Virus record (IMG/VR): IMGVR_UViG_3300030109_006161
Location: 1-64,000 of that record
Length of the DNA: 64,000 nt
Direction: 5' to 3' (one strand)
From: a virus
Position 1 is the stretch's first letter; every line of letters starts with the position of its first letter. The notes under the pieces are model-generated. The model ran no database searches and had not been told where the DNA came from. It worked only from the letters and a program-made list of their open reading frames with translations. This document shows positions 41,250-50,444 of the stretch, piece after piece. The translations under genes and the position numbers were made by a program.

Positions 41250-42163
41250 TATTTATTTTGATCCCTCTCTCTATAAATTATTCTTATCTTTTCGATGTTT
41301 TCTAGCATGGTAGAATAGTTTTTATTTATCCAGGACTTCTTTTCTTCTGTTGACGCATTATAAGGGCAGTGAGGGATATTTCGTAGAATATACATTATAA
41401 TATCATTTTTTAAATTTACATTATGTTTACTACTAACTTCATATAACAATTGTATCACCCACGGGAACCGAGGATAGGCAGCCAAGCCATCTAAATACAG
41501 TTCGACCAAATCATTATGAGTATTGAAAAGATGATAATGCTCTTTTTTTATGAAAAAACAATCCTGATAAGTGCAGAGGAGCTTGTAGCCCTTTTCTTCA
41601 AAAGACTTATTCATTATGAACAACCCTTGTTGCATATTATCTTTAGATATTTCTGTTGGTAATCTTTCTTGGTATGTTGGGTTTAGCATCTGCCCGCCCT
41701 CTATACAAACAACTGTTGGAAAATGTTTTTCGATGGCTTCGAAAACATCTAAATCAATCCCATCTATATCTATAGAGCAAAAATCTATACCATCTGTTAC
41801 ATAATCATCTACAAGGTTATCAAATTTTGTTTCGCCGTCAGGGGTTACAAAAGAGTTGATTGTTATAACGTTATCATTTTCTGAATAGTTTTTTTCTAAA
41901 TCATTGTATCTATCCTTTTCAGGCTCAATCAAAATACCACCCCAACCATTTAGGAAAAGCTTTCTAGTATTAGAGCCCTTTATACCATCCCAAGCCCCAA
42001 ACTCAACAAAAGTGCCATTTTCCACGCCAATCCTTTTAAAAATTTCTTCGATTAGGAAATCGTTTTGGTTATAATCGTATTTTCTTCTGTGTGATTGTGG
42101 TTCAGCGTGCCATTTTTCATGGTAACCAACAAAATCTAACAAGTTTTCTTTCTTCTCAACCAT
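41249..42163 (-). CDS. FkbM-like SAM-dependent methyltransferase
   Basis: FVEFGAWDG..SNT..GWGGILIE, SIDIDGID, PTVVCIE. Probable start 42163. Confidence 0.75.
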   Translation of the reverse strand: MVEKKENLLDFVGYHEKWHAEPQSHRRKYDYNQNDFLIEEIFKRIGVENGTFVEFGAWDGIKGSNTRKLFLNGWGGILIEPEKDRYNDLEKNYSENDNVITINSFVTPDGETKFDNLVDDYVTDGIDFCSIDIDGIDLDVFEAIEKHFPTVVCIEGGQMLNPTYQERLPTEISKDNMQQGLFIMNKSFEEKGYKLLCTYQDCFFIKKEHYHLFNTHNDLVELYLDGLAAYPRFPWVIQLLYEVSSKHNVNLKNDIIMYILRNIPHCPYNASTEEKKSWINKNYSTMLENIEKIRIIYRERDQNK

Positions 42164-42965
42164 TATTATCCTGTCTGTGATCTGGTATAGAGACCCAATT
42201 ACCATCTGCGTCTAAAAGCTTTTCATCCCACCGAACATAAGGAAATTCCGTGATTGGTTGAGTTTTATCATATGCGTAAAATGGTCGGCATATACTTGGA
42301 ACCAACATTGTTGTTTTCCCGGTCTGTGTAAGATACTTTTCTAGAGCTACTTCCGGGCAGTCAAAATTGTCATCAGTGCGAGTCTCATCTTCACCGTCCA
42401 TATAAATAAAGGAACAATACTCATCGAAAGTTGAAGGATTTGAAAATGAAAAAAACCAAGGATCCCTGTGACCGCTTGGGTAAACAGTGGAGTGAATTAT
42501 ACCATCAGCTATTTCGAATTGCTCCAAATAGACAGGCTTCAAAAACATTGAATTATCTGGTCTACATCTTACAACGACATCATAATCAAAGCCGTTCTCT
42601 TTAGAATAATTCATAGCCATCAAATAACCTTTTCTTATATTAGACATTTGATTATTCATTCTTTTTTTGAAGTACCCCAAAGTTCCAAAATCACTATCAT
42701 CAAGGTTTTCATTCTCTTCTATAGAAACCTGTTTCAAATTAGTGCCATAAGCATGTCTAATTTGAGACTCAAGTGTCGCTGAATCTTCTGCTGAAGTTAT
42801 GTTATATTTTTGACTAGTGCTGGAGCCCAATGTGTGAATTGTATTCCTGTTGCAGGCATAAACAAACACATCTGCATTATTTGGCTGTATAATATGTTTC
42901 AGGTGGTTTTCTAAATTTACTTGATAGTCTCTCATTTGACCTGTTATTAATATCGCCACCCTCAT
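42156..42965 (-). CDS. putative glycosyltransferase-like protein
   Basis: MRVAILITGQMR...YDVVVRCRPD pattern, common in glycan loci. Confidence 0.55.
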   Translation of the reverse strand: MRVAILITGQMRDYQVNLENHLKHIIQPNNADVFVYACNRNTIHTLGSSTSQKYNITSAEDSATLESQIRHAYGTNLKQVSIEENENLDDSDFGTLGYFKKRMNNQMSNIRKGYLMAMNYSKENGFDYDVVVRCRPDNSMFLKPVYLEQFEIADGIIHSTVYPSGHRDPWFFSFSNPSTFDEYCSFIYMDGEDETRTDDNFDCPEVALEKYLTQTGKTTMLVPSICRPFYAYDKTQPITEFPYVRWDEKLLDADGNWVSIPDHRQDNNG

Positions 42966-44161
42966 GAGATAACTTCTAAGTTTGGAAAATATCTAATAAA
43001 CTTTAGAGATGTGCCACTTATTTCATTTGCACGGGCGCTGATCTCCTTGAAGAAATTCCATGCCAAAGGAACGACTACTAGTTTATCCTTATCCTCAGCA
43101 CTTAAAGATTGAGGGTCTTTTATCTCTATATTTCTTCCCGGTGTCAAAAGGTTCCACTTCAACTTATTATCATCTACAATATAATCTAGATCTATCTTGG
43201 CAAAGTTCAAGAAAGTATTTCCCTTTGCAGCAGCACCATATCCCACCACTTTGTAACCATCAGCTTTATATTCTTCAACAGCTTTTCGGAAATCTTCAAC
43301 AACTTTATTACAATTATTTGCGTATTGCTTATAAGTTTCTATACTGTACAGACCTCTTTTGTTTTCGTCTTCAATTTGCTTTTCAGCTAAGGACTGGTTT
43401 CTGTCACCAAGCCTCAGTACAAAGACATAACTTCCCCCATGAACATCTGTTTTCCTAACATCAACCAAAGAAAACCCATTTATATTAGCACATATTTTCA
43501 TAGATAAAGAACTAAAAAATGAAAGGTGCTCGTGATAAATGGTATCAAATTGATTATCAAGTATCATATCGGCTTGAGAAGTTTGGATTATAACATGTCC
43601 TTCATCTTCTAAGCTAACAGAACAAGCTTGAAGGAATTCATGCACGTCGTCAACATGGGCGAAGACATTTTGCGCTGTTATAAGATTAAACTTTGTCTGG
43701 AATGATAGGGCAACCTCGGGATTCCAATATTTACACAATACATTATGGTTATCTTTACTAAGTGGGTATAAATTTTCTGCTGGATCAACGCCAAAAGTTT
43801 CCCACCCTTGTTCCTTGAATTTATCTAATTGAGTGCCATCATTACAAGCAACATCTAAAACCTTACCCTTTATCTTAGTATATTCTTCGCACAAACCTAC
43901 AAAATCAGAAAAATATTGATGTAGAGTCTTACTTGTACCGCTGACATAGAGATAATCCCTAAACATCAAGTCTGGATTTACTACGACGCTTAGTTGTGTG
44001 TGGAAACAATCATTACAGGTGCAAATTTTCAAAGGATAAGATGCTTGATCCTCTCCTTTGTGGTAACTATTAGCTAGAGGTTGTTTATTTAGATCTAAAA
44101 CCTCAGTTAGATTTTCTGATTTACAAACTCTACAATTATTTATTTCTGTATATTCTAGCAT
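42962..44161 (-). CDS. NDP-sugar C-methyltransferase
   Basis: Zn ligands CRVC..CNDC, DVACNDG, NVFAH, FDTIYHEHLSFF, HGGS, GYGAAAKGNT. Confidence 0.88.
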   Translation of the reverse strand: MLEYTEINNCRVCKSENLTEVLDLNKQPLANSYHKGEDQASYPLKICTCNDCFHTQLSVVVNPDLMFRDYLYVSGTSKTLHQYFSDFVGLCEEYTKIKGKVLDVACNDGTQLDKFKEQGWETFGVDPAENLYPLSKDNHNVLCKYWNPEVALSFQTKFNLITAQNVFAHVDDVHEFLQACSVSLEDEGHVIIQTSQADMILDNQFDTIYHEHLSFFSSLSMKICANINGFSLVDVRKTDVHGGSYVFVLRLGDRNQSLAEKQIEDENKRGLYSIETYKQYANNCNKVVEDFRKAVEEYKADGYKVVGYGAAAKGNTFLNFAKIDLDYIVDDNKLKWNLLTPGRNIEIKDPQSLSAEDKDKLVVVPLAWNFFKEISARANEISGTSLKFIRYFPNLEVIS

Positions 44162-45083
44162 CTGATCTGTTCCCCATATTCATGGAATTATAATTATCTA
44201 CCAGTGATTTAGTAATACTCTCCACTGTTTCTTCAAATTCAAAATCAAACTCTTTTTCAAATTTTTCGGGGTTTATCAAAAAATCATACGCTTTGGCTTG
44301 AAGTTTAACGTTTGTTATAATTTCTGGTGGTTTGTCGGATATAACCAATTCAGCACCTGTTACTTTAGCTACCCCAGATGCAATGTCTTTGGCATTTGAA
44401 TTAAAAGAAGCCAGGTTATACATGCCCTTGTTGGACTCATTACCTTTCTCTATAATTGCTTTAACCGCTCGGCATAAATCATAAATACCAAGTATTGGTC
44501 GATTGACTTCTGGGTTGAAACAAAATATCTTCTTATTCTCTATTGCATTATAAGTCATAGCATTAATCATGATATCGTTTCTCAAGTTTGGAGAATATCC
44601 GTTAACAGTTCCAAACCTAAGACCAAAATAAGTCTTACTTGATAATTCTGCATATGAGTCTATTTCATGCTTAGATAAATCATAGAAGTTGTTTGGTTTA
44701 AACTTTGAATAAGATTCATCTACCACCCTGGCACCAGTGTCGCCATAAACAGATGAACTACTTGCATATATAAATAATTGTTCATCATCGATTTTACCTA
44801 GTAGTTCAGCAAAATTTACTACATTATTTCTTAGTGTTGACATCATATTATTTTCGCACATCTTTACACTAGAGTGCCCTGCTAAAAGAATAACAACACT
44901 TTTATCAATCAAGTCTCCATCATTTATGGAATTCATATCCTTGTTTAGGTTATCAGGATTACAAAAGTTACCAAACCATTCAGTGTCAATAGTTGACACA
45001 TCGTATTCTTCCTTAAGGTGATTATACAAACGAGTACCAATGTACCCACAACCGCCAATTATTAGAACCTTCTTTTTTACCAT
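44136..45083 (-). CDS. NAD-dependent nucleotide-sugar epimerase/dehydratase
   Basis: GGCGYIG, YASSSSVYG, YDLSK, LRFGTVNGYSPNLR. Confidence 0.85.
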   Translation of the reverse strand: MVKKKVLIIGGCGYIGTRLYNHLKEEYDVSTIDTEWFGNFCNPDNLNKDMNSINDGDLIDKSVVILLAGHSSVKMCENNMMSTLRNNVVNFAELLGKIDDEQLFIYASSSSVYGDTGARVVDESYSKFKPNNFYDLSKHEIDSYAELSSKTYFGLRFGTVNGYSPNLRNDIMINAMTYNAIENKKIFCFNPEVNRPILGIYDLCRAVKAIIEKGNESNKGMYNLASFNSNAKDIASGVAKVTGAELVISDKPPEIITNVKLQAKAYDFLINPEKFEKEFDFEFEETVESITKSLVDNYNSMNMGNRSDARIYRNK

Positions 45084-45385
45084 ATCTTGTGACGACCTCT
45101 TAGTATTTCATAAAACATGATCCAATCACATGCCTTAGCTTTTAGTGTGGTCCACCCGTAGTCCTTTTTACCTTCCCATGCTAGGGGTTTATTTTTTTCA
45201 AAAACACCATGAGCGACCCAAGCAAAAGGATAAACAACCAAAGGAATGAGTGGGAACAAAAACCAGTACCAATTATACACTACTGTAAAAGTAAATGCAA
45301 TTGTAAACAACTGACCTAGGAAATGTAATAGTTTACACTTTGGGTGCTGATGTAATGTTAAATAAAATTCGTAGTATTCTTTCAT
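45077..45385 (-). CDS. DUF962/Mpo1-like small membrane protein
   Basis: FYLTLHQHPKCKLLHFLG, YPFAWVAHGVFEKNKP, hydrophobic core. Confidence 0.75.
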   Translation of the reverse strand: MKEYYEFYLTLHQHPKCKLLHFLGQLFTIAFTFTVVYNWYWFLFPLIPLVVYPFAWVAHGVFEKNKPLAWEGKKDYGWTTLKAKACDWIMFYEILRGRHKIW

Positions 45386-45401
45386 GTGTTATTTCCTTAG
45401 A

Positions 45402-46331
45402 TTAGTTTTGATATTTATTATCTATCTTAACTAATGGGAAAACTTTCAAAAGCTCATCAATACCATTCTCAACTGTAATAGTAGTTTCAAATCCTAACGA
45501 ATTAATCTTATCATAAGAAACAACATAGTTCCTTTTATCAACATCGCCATCGAAATCAGCATAATGTACATAACACTCTGTTTTAGACTGAATTAGATCG
45601 CAAACGTCTCTCTTGGAATAATTCATGGAATTTGACCCGACGTTATAAACTTCACCACTCATCCTATCAGAATTATTTACAGCGAACTCAAACACTCTTG
45701 CAATATCTCTAACATGTATAAAAGTTCTCATAAAATGAGATTCATAAATAACTATGTATTTTTGAGTGTGTGCCAAATAAGATAAATCATTTACAAGCAA
45801 ATCTAATCGTAATCTTGGACTTACACCAAAGGCTGTGGCAAAACGAAAGGCGCTACTGTTTTCATATTTCATCACCTCTTGTTCGCCAAGAGTTTTACTT
45901 ATACCATAAATACTCAGGGGATTCAGTGGTGTTTCTTCAGTACACACGTCTTCAACTGCGCCATAGTTTGAACCTGTAGAACCATAGACTAAAAACTGCT
46001 TGCCATCCAGACAGGAAATAACATTTTTAGTACCCTGGTGATTTACTGCGTGGGCTAATTCCTCATCTCTGCGACAGGCAGCATAGCCTACAATAGCTGC
46101 AAGGTGTATAACAATATCCTGTCCTTCTGTTGCTTTTTTTAGCTCGTCAACATCAAGTATATCACCCTTGATGAATCTAAAGTTGGGTTCACCAAAATTG
46201 TGAATAAGCCCACTACCATCAACAGTCAAGTTATCATACACTGTAACTTGATGACCGTTTTTCAATAACAAAGGAACTAATGTTGTACCGATATAGCCAG
46301 CACCACCAGTCACAAGTATCTTTTTACTCAT
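45402..46331 (-). CDS. NAD-dependent nucleotide-sugar epimerase/dehydratase
   Basis: TGGAGYIG, HLAAIVG, YGISK, RFATAFGVSPRLRLDLLVN. Start 46331 follows GGAG. Confidence 0.88.
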   Translation of the reverse strand: MSKKILVTGGAGYIGTTLVPLLLKNGHQVTVYDNLTVDGSGLIHNFGEPNFRFIKGDILDVDELKKATEGQDIVIHLAAIVGYAACRRDEELAHAVNHQGTKNVISCLDGKQFLVYGSTGSNYGAVEDVCTEETPLNPLSIYGISKTLGEQEVMKYENSSAFRFATAFGVSPRLRLDLLVNDLSYLAHTQKYIVIYESHFMRTFIHVRDIARVFEFAVNNSDRMSGEVYNVGSNSMNYSKRDVCDLIQSKTECYVHYADFDGDVDKRNYVVSYDKINSLGFETTITVENGIDELLKVFPLVKIDNKYQN

Positions 46332-46347
46332 TTTTTTCTCCATATCA

Positions 46348-46376
46348 AATATAAATTATAATTTTTGTTTCGTAAA
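46348..46376 (-). promoter_or_regulatory. possible internal sigma70-type promoter
   Basis: TTTACG-N17-TATATT in the only sizeable gap within the sugar cluster. Confidence 0.35.
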
Positions 46377-46379
46377 GAT

Positions 46380-47297
46380 CTAAAGATTTTCTTTATAAAA
46401 GTCAACCGTGTTCCTGATACCTTCTTTATGGTCGTAAAAAGAAAAGTCAGGAAACTTTTCCCGGAACAACTCTGTCGATAGAATTTTTACGGGATCGCCA
46501 TCTGGATACTGAGTATCAAATACTAATTCTCCTTCAAAACCACAAGCCTCTTGAATAAGCAGTGCCGATTCCTTAATTGAGTATCCCTTAGCTTGACCTA
46601 CGTTAACAGGGTATTCAAGATGATCTATATCCATAGCTCGAATTAACACCTCTACAAAATCATCAACGTAAGCCCATTCTCTAACAGGATTACCAGTTCC
46701 CCAAACAACAAACTCTCTATCTCCAGCTTGTTGTGCTTTTAGCATTCTTATAACCATGCCATTCAAGGCATGAGTCTTAGTTGGATCAAGGGAATCCCCA
46801 GGTCCGTATGTGTTAGGTAATAGCAAATTTACAGTTTTTACCCCATATTGATTGTAATAACATTGGGATAGGTAATAAATTGCTCTTTTAGAGTTACCAA
46901 AAGAAAAAACCGAATCGTGAACTCCTCCATCGAGCCAGTTTTCTTCTAATTGAATTGAACTATCTCCAGGGTACGAGCAGTTAGAAAACGGTTGAATTAT
47001 TTTTATCTTAGGGTTATAATCTAGCACTGCCCTGTAGACATTCAAGTTCATCTGAAGGTTATCACCATATACGTCAGCAGCATATTTTCTAACATACATC
47101 ATACTACCGCCATGTGATGCAAGGTTATAAATCAGGTCAGGGTTTTCTTTTTCCAGAAAATTTCTAAATGATTGATAATCTAAAAGATCAAGTCCTAGAG
47201 TCTTGGAAGTCCTAGAGACAGTGTGTCCTTCTTTCACAAGGCGTTCATAAACCTTTTCACCAATAAAACCAGTACCACCAAGCACTAAAATTTTCAT
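46380..47297 (-). CDS. GDP-fucose synthase-like SDR (second copy, catalytic Tyr replaced by Phe)
   Basis: GGTGFIG, SNCSYP, FGNSK, PNTYGPGD..THAL, WGTGNPVREW. Confidence 0.8.
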   Translation of the reverse strand: MKILVLGGTGFIGEKVYERLVKEGHTVSRTSKTLGLDLLDYQSFRNFLEKENPDLIYNLASHGGSMMYVRKYAADVYGDNLQMNLNVYRAVLDYNPKIKIIQPFSNCSYPGDSSIQLEENWLDGGVHDSVFSFGNSKRAIYYLSQCYYNQYGVKTVNLLLPNTYGPGDSLDPTKTHALNGMVIRMLKAQQAGDREFVVWGTGNPVREWAYVDDFVEVLIRAMDIDHLEYPVNVGQAKGYSIKESALLIQEACGFEGELVFDTQYPDGDPVKILSTELFREKFPDFSFYDHKEGIRNTVDFYKENL

Positions 47298-47298
47298 T

Positions 47299-47982
47299 CT
47301 ATTCTCCTGAGTATCTAAAAGTATAGCCATGGATTTTTATCCTAGGTCCGTAGCCATTATAATAAGTTGATTTTATAATTTTGTTTAGGTCTTCCTTGGA
47401 AATGTTAATATCAATATTTTCTAGTTTGTCGATATCTCTTATTCGACCTGTTTTCTTACCCCACTCATCCGTATTTAGAGAAGATATCCTAGATAGTTCG
47501 TCAGGACCCTGCACTGATAGTATATGTATTATATTAGCAAAAGAATCAAATTGACATCTATGAACCTTATCTAGTAAACTCCCTACGTCATCTTCATCTT
47601 CTATAATTACTTTGTAAACATTTATTATAACTCCATTGTCAACATTCTTATTCATATAATGAACTGTTACCCCAGTTTCAGCATCTTCATTATATAAAGC
47701 CCAATTTATACCACCAGACCCTGGGTATCTAGGGTGTGATGGGTGAAAGTTTATAGCTGCGATACTAGCCTTATTTAAGAACTGTTCTGGTAAAATACAA
47801 TAAGACTTATAATGAAATATATAATCTCCATTCCACTCTTGGATTTCTTTTGGTATTTTACTACCTCTTTTTTTAGATGCTTTCCAGAAGGTTGTTTCAA
47901 AACCTTTTGACACAAGAAGATCTACAGCGTTGTTACTATATCGACAATCCTCAAAACCTATAAAGAGTGCTTTATTACTCAT
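47299..47982 (-). CDS. formyltransferase (probable sugar N-formyltransferase)
   Basis: INFHPSHPRYPG..NWAL, TGVTVHYM..VDNGVII. Confidence 0.82.
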   Translation of the reverse strand: MSNKALFIGFEDCRYSNNAVDLLVSKGFETTFWKASKKRGSKIPKEIQEWNGDYIFHYKSYCILPEQFLNKASIAAINFHPSHPRYPGSGGINWALYNEDAETGVTVHYMNKNVDNGVIINVYKVIIEDEDDVGSLLDKVHRCQFDSFANIIHILSVQGPDELSRISSLNTDEWGKKTGRIRDIDKLENIDINISKEDLNKIIKSTYYNGYGPRIKIHGYTFRYSGE

Positions 47983-48568
47983 TCTTAAACACATCCATTT
48001 GAGATAGATCAGGCCAGTCAGTGTAAACCCACTGTTTTGGTTTAGTGACTATTGCGTCAGGAAGCTTCTTAAGTCCAAGCTCTGCCGTTTCTGGTGTCAT
48101 ATAATAATGATAACCTATGGACTTAATATTCTGTACTGACCAGGAAAGATCTGGACTTCTTCCGTCATAAGACATTCTTTTCAAGGTGTCATACTCTTCC
48201 TTGTTGTCAAATAAAATAACCCCACCCCTACCGAGGCTTAAATGTTTTCTAAATTGAAAACTGATACACATGTATGTCCCTGGGATATAGCTATTTTCTT
48301 TCCAGTGAACGGCGGCGTCAATAATGTTTTCTGTTAGATAATAATAATCTTTCCACTTTTCATCGGTCCATTCTAGTTTTATGTTTAGTTTATCAGCCAA
48401 CATAGGCACAGACAAATAAGTGTGTCTTGGCACCTTTATTTTATTTGTACCCTTCATGCGTAAACAAAGTTCTAAACCATGAGTACAACAATCTACTGCC
48501 ACTGCATATGGCGCTCCAAAAAACTTTGCTATTTCATTTTCAAAATCTGTTATGGATTGGAACGACAT
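47975..48568 (-). CDS. short DegT/DnrJ/EryC1/StrS-family PLP enzyme
   Basis: FENEIAKFFGAPYAVAVDCCTHGL, IIDAA, SFQFRKHL..GRGG, GYHYYM. Only 197 aa. Confidence 0.75.
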   Translation of the reverse strand: MSFQSITDFENEIAKFFGAPYAVAVDCCTHGLELCLRMKGTNKIKVPRHTYLSVPMLADKLNIKLEWTDEKWKDYYYLTENIIDAAVHWKENSYIPGTYMCISFQFRKHLSLGRGGVILFDNKEEYDTLKRMSYDGRSPDLSWSVQNIKSIGYHYYMTPETAELGLKKLPDAIVTKPKQWVYTDWPDLSQMDVFKNE

Positions 48569-49539
48569 TTGATTTCCCTCGCTTTGTTTAGAATATTATC
48601 AGCCATATGTTTCCAAGTATAATTTTGGGAGACTAAGTTATAAGCGTTATTTATAATTCTACTTCTTTCACTATCATTCGAAAGATAAAAATCTAGTTTT
48701 TCTTCGAAGTTGCTAAGATCATTTTCAAATGTAACACATGTTTCACCGTCTATGAAGAAGTCGCCATACTGTTCTGGCATATTATTACACAATATCAAAG
48801 TTTTTGAAAGTGCTGCCTCAAAATACCTAGGACCTATATCTAATAGCGGACCAGTTGTTGAAAGCCATATTTTGCACTCATTTATTTTCGTTGCATAATC
48901 CTCAAGTGTATTGATACGATATTCTAAAGTGTTGCTAGAATTCCAGAAAACATTATATTTTTCGTTATTATTGATAATGTTACCAACTCTTTCTCGGAGG
49001 TTGGAAGTTGGTCCTTCAATTTTATTACTACCATCAGCCTCAATACCATGAAGGGCACCTGAAAAACCTATATCATAGATCTTCTCAACTTCACGAGGAT
49101 GGAACAATTTTGGTGTGGCTGTAAAAAACGATCTCTGAGATGGTACGCCAGCTATTTCTCCATATCTTTTATAGTTATGCTCTTGTGATTCTAATAAAAG
49201 ATCTACATTGTTTATTTTACAAAAGTTTAGTTTTTCTTCTAATAAATTCTGGGGTTTGTGGATCAAACAAAAAACAGGGATGTCAGTTTCTGCTAATCCT
49301 TCAATTTTTCCAAATGCCGCTGATACAGGGATAGCAAAATAACCAAGACCAAATACGATTAAATCAATAGGAGCGTCGCCTGCTATATTAAGAAGATCAT
49401 CTATATGTTTAGGTATGCCCTGTACTAACCAGATATTCACATTTTCATTTGTTGCAAGTTCTCGGAGAAGGTCTCCATAATATTGATACATATAATCATC
49501 AGATACTTTATTCTCGGCGTCAACATATATTATATTCAC
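48550..49539 (-). CDS. glycosyltransferase (GT-B, CgeB-like C-terminus)
   Basis: YDIGFSG, YATKINECKI, PRYFEA, YTWKH pattern. Confidence 0.75.
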   Translation of the reverse strand: MNIIYVDAENKVSDDYMYQYYGDLLRELATNENVNIWLVQGIPKHIDDLLNIAGDAPIDLIVFGLGYFAIPVSAAFGKIEGLAETDIPVFCLIHKPQNLLEEKLNFCKINNVDLLLESQEHNYKRYGEIAGVPSQRSFFTATPKLFHPREVEKIYDIGFSGALHGIEADGSNKIEGPTSNLRERVGNIINNNEKYNVFWNSSNTLEYRINTLEDYATKINECKIWLSTTGPLLDIGPRYFEAALSKTLILCNNMPEQYGDFFIDGETCVTFENDLSNFEEKLDFYLSNDSERSRIINNAYNLVSQNYTWKHMADNILNKAREIKCRSNP

Positions 49540-50444
49540 TTAGAGTTATCCTTTACTCCTGGAGCGTAGTCACACAAATGACGTAGAGCGCCTTGACTGT
49601 GATATCCTTCGTCTACAGTTTTTAGATCATGTATGTTGTCCCCATGGTGTATGAGGTAAAACAAACTGTTTACGTCATTATCTCCCCATCTATACTTGTA
49701 AATGCCACCATATTGATTCACAGCGTTGATCCACTGTTTCCATTCAGGCGTTTCAAACATAGAAATCTTAACAACATATGAATCGGCACAAGGATAGAAA
49801 TGAAAGTTTTTATCAGCCTCTGGATCTGATAATAAATTTTTCATAAACTCGGATTTTGGTTCGACATTATAATGCTTCAAATAGCCTTTTACAAACTTCC
49901 AAAGATTGATTCTGGTATCAAAGTTTCCCTGGTGAGGTATTTTCTTTGTTTGATCATATACCTTCAGAGCACCCATCGGTTCGGACTGATTCTTCATAAC
50001 TTCGAATGGATCGTAAGTCATCGGCTTAACAAACATAGACTCATCGTCAACACTCATTGTATAATCATATTTTTCAAATTCAGTATTAGGATAACCATAA
50101 TAATTTGACATAAAGTGACACATGTGTAGATATCCCTTACGAGATATTGGAAATTGTGTCCTTACATACCAAACATCCTGTCGATTATAAAACAACTGAT
50201 CTTCTGGGATGTGTGCTGGTGTTTCGTATGGAATAGATACAAAATTAACATTTTGTGGTGTCTCATTAGCAATCATCTGCCTGAATTCTTCTGAATCATA
50301 GATGTCATCAAAATAGAATACATAGACTGGGTAGTCATGCTTAATATTGTAGTTTTCCCACAAAGCTTTAAGGCTCTGTTGAATACAGGCTTTTCTAGAA
50401 GAAATGTATGTTATACAAGCTTTTAGTTTATTATCATTTTCCAT
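49536..50444 (-). CDS. GT15 (Kre2/Mnt1-like alpha-1,2-mannosyltransferase family) protein
   Basis: YPVYVF, GYLHMCHF, YDY..SVDDES..YDPFEVM, GGIYKYRWGD. Confidence 0.72.
   Translation of the reverse strand: MENDNKLKACITYISSRKACIQQSLKALWENYNIKHDYPVYVFYFDDIYDSEEFRQMIANETPQNVNFVSIPYETPAHIPEDQLFYNRQDVWYVRTQFPISRKGYLHMCHFMSNYYGYPNTEFEKYDYTMSVDDESMFVKPMTYDPFEVMKNQSEPMGALKVYDQTKKIPHQGNFDTRINLWKFVKGYLKHYNVEPKSEFMKNLLSDPEADKNFHFYPCADSYVVKISMFETPEWKQWINAVNQYGGIYKYRWGDNDVNSLFYLIHHGDNIHDLKTVDEGYHSQGALRHLCDYAPGVKDNSK

Noticed and set aside
47299-47982. Methionyl-tRNA formyltransferase (fmt) or purN
   Set aside because: It lacks the Fmt C-terminal domain and sits between a sugar PLP enzyme and an SDR, so a sugar N-formyltransferase is more plausible.
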